Shown here: positions 48,504 through 63,392 of the stretch, one piece after another
Position numbering within the stretch: position 1 is the stretch's first letter
Layout of the letters: the number at the start of each line of letters is the position of its first letter
Origin: the human T2T-CHM13v2.0 reference genome, Homo sapiens
Length of the DNA stretch: 64,000 nt
Direction: 5' to 3' (one strand)
NCBI RefSeq assembly: GCF_009914755.1
Contig: NC_060925.1
Notes under the pieces: model-generated
Database searches by the model: none
The model's input: only the letters and a program-made list of their open reading frames with translations
What the model was told of the DNA's origin: nothing
Position numbers and translations under genes: made by a program

Positions 48504-51500
48504 ATATTCTCTCTAATTAGGAGACTGTTTCAATGGACTCTTTAATTTTCATTTAAAATAAAGAACTTGTACCAGTGAATTAGATTTCAACTGTAACTAT
48601 ATACTGAAAAAATTATAAAGTAACTCTCAGGAAACATCATTAACAAAATCTGTGGGACTGGGATATCTAAATTTCTTCATTTCCACTTTGTAAGCTCTAG
48701 TATTTTGGGGCTCTAAATTTCTTTGAAAACATGTGAGGGTTTGAGGTACTGGCATGCATAAAATTCTTTAGTAAAACAGGAATATTGAATATGCTTTTAA
48801 CTTTAACACTAAGCATTTCTATGATTGCCTCCCACTTTTTTTTATCGGTATTGACTGCAGTGGATTCATGAGGAGGACATATGTTCTTAGCAAAGACATA
48901 TAGGACGATTCTGCGTTACATCACCACCACCCACCTTCATTTAAGCTCTGGAAAGAGACAAGCTCTTCCAAATGTTTCCAATTTTTATTCTGCTTTACTC
49001 TCACACAGATACTTCTCCGGAATGTTCTTATCTCATCCACCATGATTTCTTTGTCTCTCAGCTTCGTTCCTCTGCCCTTCACAGAAGTTATGTGATCGGC
49101 ACATCTCACTGCAGCCTCTGGATACACATTCCCCGCATTGTGCCCCTCACCCCTTCTCCTGTTTTTGAGGCAGTTTCCCCAGTGCCCAGAAGCTGTCACC
49201 TTGTTTCATACCAAAGTCACTTATGTTTTCCCTGTTTCTGATTCACAGCTTTTACCTACCTTGCAGTACTTTTCTGGAACATGTTTGGCCTCCCCAGGTT
49301 TGTTAAAGCCACAAAGAAACACCAACATTATCTATCTGAATGATTCTGGTTGTTTTTTAAAAAGCCATTCGCTTTGTGAAACCTACCTTTTCAAATTCCA
49401 AGGTAAATTGGCGCCTTGGAATCCTGCATTCCTGTGGTCTGAAATGCTTCTTGATATGCAAGTACAGCAGGAAGATGCAGACACAGAAATGCCTGGGCAG
49501 AGCTGTGACCAGCTGCTCTGTTCTGTGAGGGAACTTCAACCATAGTTCAGGCGACAAGAAGCCCTTATATGAAATAAGCCCCTCTGCCCTTCCCTTGCTC
49601 CTACTGTGTTCCCTAGAAACAAAAATAAAGGACACCTCCTTCCATAAATAGACAACTACTTCAGATGGAGTTAGTCAGATGAAAGTCACAAGATGACTCA
49701 AAATGCCTATTTCACAGGCATAAAATACTCTTAGTGATTGAGATATAAAAGAGTCAGCTTTAAGTGTTTCATGAAAATCACTGCAAATACTGTGCATAAC
49801 AATTTACCAAGAACTCATGAAGCTGCTTGTTTAATAAATGAAGCTCATCTATAGTAAATGGCTTGGTGCAACCAAAGTGGCTCTAATCAAATTGGGGACA
49901 GATGAGTTCTGTACATGCAGCTTATTTCATTAATTTACTACTCTTTAGGGTTCATAGGCAATGGCCAATTGATATTATTTGTGACAATGCTAAATAAAAT
50001 AAGTAAAGGAAAATAAGTTGCATGATGTATTGCAGAGATATATCACACCCCGGCAAATGGGGAACTGAAACCCTCCAGCAGAAGCACTTAGCACACTTCA
50101 TTTGATTCCCATTCGTCAGTCTCAGTGCCGGTGGCTCAAAAAGAATGCAAAGGTAAATGAACACCAAAATATGATTTACAGTACTGGAAAACAGTCCTAC
50201 CCAAATAAATCAAGGTTCCACTTCATTTCAGGCATTGGTTTATTCATAATACAGGGCTTTTACAATCAACCCCTGCCAATTGTAAACAAACCGCAACAAA
50301 ACATACACCTGCACAAAGAGATAGGCATGATACTGTGTGTGCATAGAGAACTAAAGAGGTTTAGAAACAACTGCAGCTATTCGGTGGATTGAAAAAGGAA
50401 ACGGGCACCACATTTTAAAAGACCTCGTTGGTTTGAGCAGTAATGTTGTTGCAGTCTGCTTACATGATTAGGACAGGAGAAGCCACATCCACTTTCAGAA
50501 TATATAGATTAAAAAATGTTCAACCAGACTGTTTCTATACAGAGCTTTGTTAAAACTCCTGGGAAGACTATCATGAAGTTCTGTTCTTATTCAAGATTTT
50601 AAGAATTGTGCTGGGTTAGAGATAAAAGACGAGAGAGAGGAATAAGTGAATAGAAGAATCTATTAAATGAGATGTCTTCTAAAATAACTTAATTTCATTT
50701 TAATTTTAGGCTCCATAGATTGTAACTGCCACCTTGCTACTGGGGAGATTTTCATCTGATGTAAACCAAAGATAACAAACGAGGAAACTGAAGGGTTTGT
50801 GTCATAAACATCTCTCTTCAGCTAAATATAGGTGATTGCATATTGCAAACATAATTCTGTGTTGATTTCTTTTTATTAATAATAAACCTAAAGGAAAAAA
50901 AGAAATACTTAGTTGAAAACAAGCAAACAGAAAAAAAAGGAAAACCTTGAAATTACAGTATTTTTAAACTGGAAAGAACTTCCTTATAGATCATTTAGAA
51001 GTCTAATTACCAAATTCTGCAAAAATAATCTTAGGATTTAAAAAATATGAGTAAACCCAGGTCACAACATTAGTTAACGACAGAGCCAAACTCCAGCTCA
51101 AGGACTTCAAAATCTTTAAAAAGTTTGTGCACAAATATGTTGAAATCTTTATATCCTACAGTTCTTTGTGATATGCAAAATACACAGATAAATGTTTTAT
51201 GTTCTTACATACCCTGTGTATGTGCACGAGTGCGTGCACACGTGTGTATATCATGGATTTTTTTTATACATATACTTATGTCATGGATTTTTTTTAATTT
51301 TAGGTTTTCTGCTTTTCTTATAGACTTACAACAATATTTTATTTGGTTTCATTATAATCAAGCAATTTTTCCAAGAAGCATTTAGTGTGGTTTCCAACAC
51401 GGAAGTGTCCTCCCTGAGGTTATTGTTGCACTTAAATGGCTTTTGTTTTCCTGCCTTCTTATTTGTGTCCTGAAAAAGACATACTGGACTGACTGGTTGT

Positions 51501-54500
51501 CTACTTAGTGCCATGTCTCCGAAGGTTGTACATACACTGTGTTTCCTCTAACAAGCCTGCAAAGCAACTGCCTAGAGAAGCATTTAAAACCAAGTGCAAA
51601 GTCTTTTTTATAAAATATCTTTCCTGGGATATAATGTAGCACTTTTAGTATTTGTACTGCAGATACTGCTTATATTATTGAAAGTTAGTATTTTATCCCT
51701 AGTTGCAGAGGTATTACAAATTACCAAACCTATACAACCATGCTGCCTGAAGTTAAGATTATACATTGCTGAGGTTTAAATAGGTGTTTGCCTAAGAGCA
51801 GCATTCTCCATAGAAAACAAGTTTTCAGAAGGAAAGCAGAAACAGTTGGGTTTTCATTCTATTACCATTGAAATTGCACTTCTTTTTGTTAATGATTGAA
51901 TAAATCAGAATTTCAGTGGTTTATTCTCAGCATTTTCTTCTATTTATTCCATCTGTTAGGGGAAAGCACCAGCATCTTGAGAAATAACCCACTTTATAGT
52001 CAAAAAGTATAGTCTGCAAATTTAAGCTGTTTATTGTGGGATAAAAATAACCATAAAACAAACAAGCTCTCCTTGAATATTTGTGCCCCTGGTTGGAGAG
52101 CTCTTCCATTCTCTTGAAGGCTTTTGGCTATAAAACACCCTGAAAAACAATTTCTCACAGTCCTAGCTCGTATGTAGGAAGCTGTTTCTCTCATTCTGAT
52201 TAACTTGACTGCAGGTTTGCCTGGGGATTAAATAAACTAGCTAACTTCCAAAACCCTTCCCAGGGAGGGAAGGTCTCTTCTGCCTTTTGTCTATTTCAGT
52301 GTCAGCCCTTGACACCCAGGCAGGAAGATGGGGATGGGGTCGGGGAGCGGTGTAACTTGGTGGGAATTGAACACAGAAATAAAACCCAAAAGAACATGGA
52401 GGCTTTCTGTAGCACTGCTGGGAAATAGGATTGCAGCCTGCCCCTCCTGGTTCATGTTTTCTCTACCTGTTACAAGTCATTTATTTTTATCACACCTTTA
52501 ATGAAAGTGACCTATAGAAAGGACTTTTACCTGGGCTATGGTGAACTAAGAAAATAAAAAAGAACTTAGAATTATAGTGTTTTAGTTAGCCATCAAGGAA
52601 ATAAGAGAAGTTAAGTTTTCATAAGATATTTTTTAAATGAATGTTCTAAACAAAATAATGTAATGTACGAGAGGAAGAAAATCTAGTTTATTGTCTCCAA
52701 CTGTAATTGATTCACCAAATATGCATTCAACCTTGAGCCATGTGTAAGCTTCACTTCTTTGTCTTTTCAGAGTTCAAATGCTACCATTACTATAAATATC
52801 TATACTTCAAGGTTTACAAGTTAGTAACAATATTTTCTATTGACTAACGTTAAATATTCTCCCCAAATTTACAATGTTTAAACCATATCAGTATTTTGAA
52901 TGACAGAGAGGCTGGCATAACACTTTTGTTTTCTTTCTTCTATTCATCTGATACTAAAGCTTCAGGGGGATTGCTAAGTTTTTCTTCCAAACATTCTTGT
53001 AGGTTATTTCCTTGTTTGGCAAGGGAATGAAATTTACCATCACTTGGGAAAATTCTGAAGTCAAGCTGTGAAACTGAACAAAATTTTCATCAGCAAAAAT
53101 TGAGCTTGAAAAACATGTGTTCCCCCTTTGGTAACAGGAGGATGCAAGGTAGATAGGAAGCAGAATCGCAGAGTTTAAGCCTTCATTATTCTTTCCTGTG
53201 TAACCGTTCAGCAGCAAGGAAGAGAAAGAAAAGAATGCCAGCTGCAATGCCCAAAGCAAAATCTTTATGAGACTGAGCGATAGAACTTGGAGAAGCAAAC
53301 CAGGTTTCCACTCCTTGATCTTAACACACAGCATTTGTATACACAGCAGAAAAGGAAAGACAACCCAAGAAAGACAGATCCCTGGGGAACATGGAGAAAG
53401 AAAGTAGAGTGAGAAATCTTAAGAGGCTGCGGGTCCTCGTAGTGTGTTCACACAGGCATGCTGAACAATAAGTCCAAGATTATATTTTCATAAGGGAAAT
53501 AGTATAATTGGCTATTTCCTAAAGTCACCTAAGCCCAGGCCAAAGGATACGTTTTCAGGGATAACAATAGCTTAAGTTTTTATAGCACTTTATATTATCT
53601 TGTTTGATCTTATCTGATCTGCACAACAAGTCTATAAGATAGGTTACAATTATTCAAGAAGAACTTAATACTAGAGAGGTTAAATCACTTTCCCGTAAGC
53701 CAGAATCAGTCTGGCAGTCTGTTGCTATAATTTCTTGTATGATATATTACTGAACCAAGCAGATTTACACTAAAAAGTAAAATTCACAGCCCTATTATTC
53801 TCAGAATAAATATGAAAGAGTTATCTACCTTGCAATGAAGGAAACATGTTTTATAAGAATTGATATTATGAACTTAAAGTAAAATATAGAAAATCAGAGT
53901 AAGGGCTCTTTCTGGTGACCACACCCTTAGGGTGAGTTTAGTCTATCCTTGTTACATAAATATAATGTAACTTTCACGTTCCATTGCTCAAATGTATCAT
54001 TCATGACTATCTTATTACTTCTGGTTGCTGACATTAGACTGTAGGCCTTACTCTTATGCGACAGAGAAAATCAACAATACTGCCATCATTACCATAGAAA
54101 ATATTTAGTGAGGCCTCAATCTGTGCACCTGTTGTTGTTTTGCAAAGTGGGTTATTAGACGTGGTTCTTGTCCACTGGGATCTTAAAGACAAAGGAAAGG
54201 ACATACAGACAACTAAACAAGCAATGAGACTTGTACACAGGCACATATGTGCCAGCTCCTATTTGCATATGGAAATCTCGACTTTGTAGATTCAAGTTAA
54301 TGATGTTTTGCTTTTGTCAATCCATTATGAATTGTCAGCTATTAAAATCTGGCCCCAAGTGGTATCTCAGCACAGTGACTTGCCTGATCCTGCTGTTCTG
54401 TTGTGTAGGTTAAGATCTCAACGTTCCTATCAAGCTTCAGGGAATTCTTAGCTTGTAAAGACCTTGCATTCAGGGTCACTGATGTTTCAAGAAACAGCTT

Positions 54501-55137
54501 AGCCAAACATCAATTTTTTTTCTTCAAATTTTAAAAAGTTACTTTAACAATTAGGAAACCAAATCATCTGCTGGCTTCTCTCAGAAAATAGAATTTAGAG
54601 GAACATTATGAATTGAAAATGAAGCTTAAAACACTTTCTATTTTGAGCTCTGATAAACTTGAGACAAAATATAGCTTTCCTTTTTTCAGTTCTCAGCACT
54701 ATGAGAAGGCTTATTTCTATCTTAGGAATCCTCATATCATTAAAAATATGTTATGCTTCATGGCATCATTTGATGCATAAATATGGATGGGAGTAAGAAA
54801 ATAGAAAGATTGCCGATCTTCACCTCTAGAAATTTGTTTTTGATATGGTACCTATGCACAACAATGGACTAGGTGCTATACATAATCTCATTTAATATTC
54901 ACAATTGTTGCATGGAATAGAAACTATTTTACCATACCCCACCCTCCCTTTTACCGATGAGAAAATGCTAAATGAGTTGATCTAGGCTGCACAAAGAGCA
55001 AGAATTACCAAGAATGTTCAAACCACAATTTATCTGACTCCAAAGCTCATCTATTTAATCTGTGCCTATCTACTTTATAGAATAATTCTAAAAGGATGCA
55101 AGTCTTTAACTTCTTTCTTTCAGAGAAGGTATGCCTT

Positions 55138-55672
55138 TGTGGTATGCATTGAATATTGAGTACCCTAAGGGAAGAGTGTACCATAAGCCTTTCGTGTCTT
55201 CTCAGCCTCATCTCTTCCACCAGTCAGCTGCACCATATAGTCTGTCGTAGGTTCTGGCCAAGCTCACACAGGTGAACCTGACAGTGTCCTTCTTAGGTTC
55301 CACAGGGACTCCCTGATGCTGCTGCATGGCACGTCTGTGCCAGTCACACAACTTGGTAGTGTGGGGAAGTTCACGTCCATTAGGTCACGCTTGACAATAG
55401 GAGAGCCGGAGCCCACGGAAAAAAAAAAAAATCATTTCCATTTTATCTTCCAGGTGAACAATTCTGAAATACATTTCATAAGCCTCCTTAGAAAGTCTGG
55501 CAGGATGGAACACCATTTGCCTATAGTGGTGGCCGATGCATTCATTTTTGGTTTGGCTTTCCCTCCTGCGTTTCATTCTCTCTCATTCCTGTCCCTTGGG
55601 TTCCTGTCCCTAATGGTCTGCATGCAAGCTCTTTTTCTAGGTTATGCATTCAGAGTACTTCAAGCTAAGACA
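55138..55672 (+). mobile_element. ERVL solo LTR, LTR33-like
   Basis: GTGTGGGGAAGTT..., TTCTGAAATACATTTCATAAGCCTCC, TTGGCTTTCCCTCC, terminus CAAGCTAAGACA; 5' boundary approximate. Confidence 0.75.
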
Positions 55673-57479
55673 CAGGTAATTTGTTTTATTAATTATTATA
55701 TGCCCATCTTCTAGTAATGTATCTGACAGAGTATATATATAATCAATGATGATAAAACTGAAATTTTTTCTTATATTTTTACATTGCCTAAAATGTGCTT
55801 GGGGTAAAGGGAGTTAAGAAATTGTTATTTTTTTTCACATTTGAGAAACTGTAATGATGCTTAGTTGTTGCCATGGATGTGTTGCCTTGGAAGCTGAGGA
55901 ATTGGACAGGGTTGAATCCATTCTGGTCATTTCTAGGGGTGTTAAATGGGCACACACATCCAGAAAAAGTAACTTCTAATTCCCTTGATGCCAAGATCAA
56001 TGTAATCAGTGCTATTATTTTCTAATTGTAAAAGCCATATTCCTATTACTGAAATTTGTAATACAATTTTTATCACTCATTCCTTTTTCCCCCTAGTGCA
56101 AAGTGAATACTGTAGTAAATTCCTTGCTTTTTCAGATATGGGTAATTATTTTTAAGCAACAGGATAGCTCATACTCTAAATTGAAATAAGCCCATCTTAT
56201 TGATTCATATCCAATTTGTCATCAGATAGATATCAGCCTTTAAAAATAGAATCATAACTAGGATTAATTAAAACAATTTAAGAAGGTCTTGTAAGGGAAG
56301 CCAAACAGTGAAAAACGGTTGAAATTGAACCCCTTCTCTCTGTTACTTTCTGATCAATGTTTTCAACGCCCGTGGGCTTTCTGGCAATAAGTGTTCTGGT
56401 GTCAAGGATTACAACTGGGATCCCTTCAAGAGCAATAAATTCACTTAAAATATATAAATATGTTTCACTTACCACTGACCTGGAGGTGAAAAGTTCTATA
56501 TCAAATTACTCACAGCCTGAGATACCCATTCTCCTATTCTGATTCTAATTAAAAAGGGCTGAGAAACAAGCTATGTAAGAAAGTTCATTTATAGTACAGT
56601 AAAAAAGTAAGGAAGATTTACTAAGTGTTACTTGCCACACAAAGCTGCAACTACAGCAAACCAGGAGGAAAGGAGACTTCAATGTTTCTTCCAAATAGAA
56701 CATGCTTTTCCAATTAAAAAAAAAATTCACCACCATAATCCAAGAACTTGTCACTTCATGTCGATCTTTTGTGAAAGCTTTCTAATTGGATTCCCTGAGT
56801 CTTGGAGTTTCCTTCATGGGTTTTCACACTGCTGGAGTAACCATTATGAACATTGTGATGCACATGATATTCCTATGCCCTCAAATTGGCAGGGATCCAC
56901 CATTGCCCAGGTTAGATCATTCAAAGTTTTTCGTCGAAGCATTCTAGCTATCTTCCAAACTTCCATCTCACAACTGATATGGCTGCCAGGAGAGGCAAAA
57001 ACAAATTCTTCACAGGCAGTGAAATGCCTTCTAAGTGCATTGTGGCGTGATGGTCAATCTCATTTCATTTATTTTCCTGGTCTACTGGCAAGTGTGAGGC
57101 CAGGAAACATCTTTCATACTGTCTTTTTTACAGACACCAGGCACTCGAACAATCTTTTATTAATTGAATGAGAATTGTATCCCGTTCAATTGGGTATTGT
57201 TTAGATGCTGTCCTACATATTTTACCTTTAATATACTGTAGGTTTGATGAGCAAACTAAAATATTTCAAATTTAATTACCCTGAGAAACTACAATAATTA
57301 GGGACAAATGGAGAAACTGAGGGCTGATTCCGCTCTCACTTAAGGCCACACTTATGATTGTGCGGGTGATACACTTCAAAACTCTAGAAGCCTCAGCTAC
57401 ATTATAGTGGATGTGAATAATGCCCCCTGCCCTCAGAAGGGTTTCAGGCAACACTTGCTGAGCCATACCTGGCAGCCAT

Positions 57480-57810
57480 GCTGACCTTTACTAGCCTTGT
57501 AGATTTGGACAAGCTCTTTAACCTCCTAATTTATGAATAGGGGACAGTGTACTTCTTTAAAGGATTGTTGAGGATAAAATTATGTATTATTTCTTCCTAG
57601 CATTGTTTACAATTATGAATTTGGTTAGTGTCTAACACTGGAATATGTACCTTTCATGAATGTAGGGAGCATGTCTATTTTTGCTTATCACAAGAGTGCA
57701 CTTTTTTGTAATGTGCCAGCTGTTGAAAAATATTTGTTAAGGAATGAATAAATGTCAATTAAGTTATGCAGAGTACCTGGCACATAACTGGAGCTAAGTA
57801 AATGTTGGTG
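57480..57810 (+). mobile_element. MIR interrupted by an L2 3' fragment
   Basis: TTGGACAAG..TTAACCTC, GGATTGTTGAGGATAAAAT ... GAATGAATAAAT ... CCTGGCACATA. Confidence 0.55.
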
Positions 57811-58167
57811 CCTTCTTATCCCCCTTCTATTGTAATTAAAGATAAAAAATTTCTAGGGAGATATCAACAGCATTAAAATTGTTTACCACTTAAATCTATC
57901 TATATGCTTCTTTAGCATTCTAAGAAAATAAGAATATAGGATTAAATATCTCAATGATCAAAACAAGAAGTGCTAAACCTTCAAAGCATTGTCTCTGGAA
58001 TTGATTAGATCTGATTTTGCGACCATGCTCCTATCGAAGTAACTGAGCAAGTCCGAATTCTTTTGTAATTAATAACACCTGTAGCCATTAGCTACCTTAC
58101 AAGTTGATGTAAGAATAAATACAACATTTTGCCACTGTGACAGAGGTTTCCAAATGTGGCTTCATAG

Positions 58168-58590
<423 letters not shown>

Positions 58591-59479
58591 TTAAAAGGCT
58601 TTTATGTTTCCCCACTTTATTAAAAAACAAAGCAAGGCAAAATACAACAGAAAAAACACATGAATAACATGCATTCATATAATTTTTATATATTTCCTCT
58701 TCAAAGTTTTTTTCTCCTTCAATCTTTGTTGCTTTTTATTACTTATCTACAATATATAAATTCTGGGATAGTAACTAATGTATGGTAAGATAATATATCT
58801 AGTTAATAAAATCAGATATATTGACGTCTCCTTTTACAGCATGATGACCTTAATGCTTTTCCATCACCTGAACAGGTTGAGAAGCATTGCTCTACCAAAA
58901 TGAACCACGTGTTTATAATTGCAATTACCAATGCCCTTTATTTTGAATATACAACTAGCCAGGTTATTCAGAGAGTAAGCTCATGAAGATTATGATCAGG
59001 TTAAAGAGACAAACCATGTAATACACAAGATAAATACCCAACAGTAAAATCAGTGATATTAAATATGCCTGAGCTGCAGGGAATTCTATCAGAATTTAGC
59101 AAAATGAGATAGCATGGTAGGGCAGGGTAACCAGGAAAGCTTTGAAGTTTGCTAAGAAGTTAGAAGAGCAAGGGAAGGTAGTTCAGCTGAGGGGAACAGC
59201 AAGACCCACCATTTTGAATTATCAAGGATCTTTTCAGCTTCTTAATGTTCAAAGGGCTTTTTCTTTCCCGGTGGTGTATTCTATTCATGTGAGATATTCA
59301 AGTTTTTGGTGTATGTAGATTTTTCCCTTCATTACTGTATAGTGCAAGTTTTGTGAAGGCAGTATCTTTTTTAAAATTTATTTTTCTCTCCTACAAGCTA
59401 ACCTCATGTCTCAAAATAGTGACCAACTGATGATAAATCTAGAATTGTATGAAAGTTAAATCTCAGGCTTAAAAATGAA

Positions 59480-59660
59480 GATTATTGTTTGCAGTTCTGC
59501 TTTAAATATTTACCTGTGTAAGTTTAGACAAATTATCTAACTTCTATGAGCCTCAGTTTTTTAAAGCTATACAATAAGGATAATAGAACCAACCTCATAA
59601 AATTATTGATGCACATAAAGTGCTTAGCAGTTTGGTACAAGGTAGCTATTTTTTCATTAT
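59480..59660 (+). mobile_element. MIR
   Basis: ACAAATTATCTAACTTCTATGAGCCTCAGTTT..AAGGATAATAGAACCAACCTCATA..TAAAGTGCTTAGCA. Confidence 0.7.
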
Positions 59661-62600
59661 TTAAATGAAATTTTAAAGGAGTGCATTAACAAATAGATGC
59701 ATAAAATATATAGAAATTAATAATAAAAAGAATGACTACTTTATCCATTAAATGATAAAAATGACAAAACCTGGTAAAAATACTCAGTATATCTCCTAAA
59801 AAAGAAATCAGATGGCAAGAACTTCAACAATTACTCATATAAACAAGGCAGAGAAAAAGATATCAAAATAACCAATGTTAAATACATTTACTATGATTTT
59901 GTAAAATAATTTTACAAGACAAAAATATCATAGGAAAATAGCATTGACCTAGGGGATGGGGAGAAAAGCAGATCAGAAAATGTTGAGTAAGATAATAGAA
60001 TAGGCAAAATGGTAGAATAATACTCAAGAGGGTTTTCAATTTCCCTTAGACAGGAGCGATAATGGAATTGCAAAGGCAAAGCATATGATGCTGGAGGTGG
60101 TAGAGAGCTGTCTTTTTCTTGCATTTATGGAGCAGCCAGTAAGTTTAGAGGCTATTTTGGAGTAAGCCCTAAGACTTAGACCAACTATGATGAATGAGAC
60201 TGAATTGAGCAAACAACTAAGGCTTAATGCTCACCATATCAATTCTTGGCTGGCGAAGCCAGGCTTTTAAAGATTTTAGATTTTTTTTTTAAACTAGACT
60301 TTTGAAGAGATATGTAAGACCAAATGTGATTGAAATAAGTGTCTGTCAACAAAATTCAGCACTGGAAATGTGTGAAGTTTTTAAGGATCACTGGAAAGGG
60401 TTATATCAGCGTACTCTCCTACCAACCCTTTCCCCTTCTTGCATTTTGGTTTAAATTAAATGGAAGTTACACAATGGGAAATCAATATTTTGTTGTTCCA
60501 AACACTGCATTCACCTTGGGGGCACAACATTCATGTAATTCTAGTGGGAAATACTTTTGAAGGGGAGTTGAGAACAGCTAGAAAAATGTTGAGACTGATC
60601 AAAAAGAGTAACCTCCTAGTACAGTGTTGTCTTTCTAAGTGAAAGTCAAAAAATTTGAAAAACAGAGGCTCTTATTGAAACTGACACTATATGGCTTTAA
60701 TTTATGTCTTAAGCCTGAGAGAATTTCTTCCTTAAAGCCGTAAATGCACACAAGACTTATAAGAATGAAACATTTTAATAGGAAGCTGTATTCCAGTCTG
60801 CAGGTCAAATTCCAGGTGTTACCCAAAGTCATTGACTAATTCCCCTTCACCATCCCAGTGTGGTTACGCTTCCAGAGCTTCCCCAGGCATTGCTGAAAAA
60901 CAAAGATATGTATAAAATAGGTTAGAGTATTCAGTTTCTAAAATAGCAATCAGGTCCAGGGATACCATCTTCAAATGGTTTAAATAATTCTGTTAAGGCA
61001 TCCATTTCCAAAATATTTTTTATTTATTTGTTCATGTTTTCATTTTTTCAATCAATCCACAGTTATTTCTTGAGTGATTTCTATATCTTTATTACTATCA
61101 TCAGACTATACCCAAAATTTCACACAGAAACACATTGCTTTGAATCCTGTTTAATTTTCAATAGCCCCCTCTGAAAATGAAATGTCTATGAAAGAGCATA
61201 TTATTAGTAGATACTTGTCATTCATAATAGCTTGTCCTGAGTGAGTAGACAAAGAAGCAAAGCCTTTCTTTAAGCATTTATGCTCAACTATGACTGCATA
61301 GGATGGATTTTTGGATAAGATATTATGATTAGATGGTTGGATACCAAGAAGATTGCCAAATGTTATTATTTGTTCATGGGTGCTGAGATTCATGATTACT
61401 CCTAGGCTAGCTAAAGCCTCAATTTGCAAAGGTGAAACAAACAACTGAGAAACCCAACTCCTGTAGTTAGCTCTGTAAAACTACATAAAGAAGATGAAAC
61501 ATCAAGAGAGAGGTAGATGATCAAGTGCCAAATACAAAATTGTTCACTTTAACATTTTACTTGGAGTTTGCTCCTATCAAGATCTTTAAGAATGAAAACT
61601 TGTGGAAAAAATAAGCAAAATCCTTCCTACATGTTATTTCATTTAGATCCTGTAATATCTCTATGAGGTTGGTACCAGTACTAGATCCATGGAAATTTAA
61701 TGATGAAGACCTGAACTCCAAGTACTTAAAACTTGATCAAACTTCCAACTTTCTATCTATCACTGGATTCCAAAGTCTCTATGGGCAAAGTACACTACAA
61801 GCCAAGGCACACATTTTATTTATGGCTCAAGTATCTGCCCCATATCTGTGCTTAGCATACTGTGTGGGGGCTGAGCTGAGTCATATAACGTTCTTGAAGA
61901 CCCATCTCCCTTTTACAAGGACTAGTCTTAATGCTGCCTTGAAAATTCTGCCCCATATGTTCTTTATTTGACTTCATCTAGTTTCTATTTCTGATACATG
62001 GGTGAGAAGTGATTCCAAATCCTAACATCTGACCTGGCCACATAAGCCACGACAAATATAGAAGTGGAAAACAAAAGAGGTTATAAGGACCTGTTATAAT
62101 TACCTCATCTCATAAAAATCTTCCCACATCAGCATAGCAGTGTGTATTTTAAGAATTCTAATTTGTCTTTGTTTTCTTATCAGGGCTCCTTCTTCATAGG
62201 CTGGGGGTGTATACAAAGAGGATAATGGCATTAAACCAGCAAGGAAGTGTTGCTCTCCAGGATAGAATGTACGATTAGTAGATGAGAAACTGAGACTCAT
62301 GGAGGTAAAAATAGCTTGGCTTCAGTTACGCAACTAACCAGTTATTGGTACCATAGACCCTGGTTTGACTGAGCCCAAAGCCTCACTCTTTGCACTATAA
62401 AACTTTATAGAAAGGGCTTAGTGGCTACTCTTTGCTAATTTTAAGGGTGAATTTCTAAAGTCTCTTAAGGATAGCATAATGAGATTATTCCATAGCATAT
62501 GTTAATCTATAGCATTGCTCCACATTCTAGAATTTAGATAATCATAATAGTAATCTGTATAACCTCCAATGTTCAGTACTCATATAATATACCAGTTATT

Positions 62601-63021
62601 CAAGTAACAGCATTACATGAACTATTTCATTTTAATCCTGGAGGTGAAATATTATTACCTCCCACCATGTCTTAAAGAACACTGAAGTTCAGAGAAAAGA
62701 AATAACATATTTAAAGTCCTTTAAGTGTTAGACCCTGGACTGATTCCTGTTCAGGAGCTCTCCTGCATTAATTAGGCACTTTTTAGCCAGTTTGACACAC
62801 CCCTCTAGTTGATCAGCAGTTTATATGACATTAAAAGGCTTTCAAAAATTCCAAAAAGACTAAAGATCTAAATTACCAAAGACCAAAAAGATCTAAATTA
62901 CCAAAATTTCTACAAAATTTAGTAAAAGCAAGAGGAGGCAATCTAATAATCAGACTTCCAATTATATACACAAAGCTCATTTCAAGAAAAATAGAAGAGC
63001 AAACTTCAAATAGTATTCTAC

Positions 63022-63392
63022 TAATATGGTGTGACTGTGTGTCCCCACCCATATCTCATGTCGAATTGTAATTCCAAGTTGTTGGGGAGGCACCTGGTGA
63101 GAGGTGATTGGAGCATGGGGCCAGATTTCCCCCTTGCTGTTTTTGTGATAGTGAGTTCTCATGAAATCTGGTTGTAGCACTTCCCCCTTCTCTTTCTCTC
63201 TCTCTCCTGTCACCATGTGAAGATGTGCCTGCTTCCCCTTTGCCTTTCTGTCATGACTGTAAGTTTTCTGAAGCCTCCTTAGCCATGCTTCCTGTATAGC
63301 CTGTGAAATTTTTAGTCAATTAAACCTCCTTTCTTCATAAATTACCGAGTCTCAGGTAGCTCTTTATAGCAGTGTGAGAATGGACTGATATA
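63022..63392 (+). mobile_element. MaLR solo LTR, MSTA/THE1D-like
   Basis: TAATATGGTGTGACTGTGTGTCCCCACCC...CTTTATAGCAGTGTGAGAATGGACTGATATA; TSD TCTAC/TCTGC. Confidence 0.92.

Noticed and set aside
52954-53334. 126-aa ORF with a hydrophobic N-terminus
   Set aside because: No recognisable homology or splice context; ORFs of this length occur by chance in 64 kb.
58841-58871. C/D-box snoRNA-like ATGATGA...CTGA
   Set aside because: Boxes only ~30 nt apart with no terminal stem.
60250-60262. CTGGC-GAA-GCCAG mini-hairpin (GCGAAGC core)
   Set aside because: A 5-bp stem is expected by chance.
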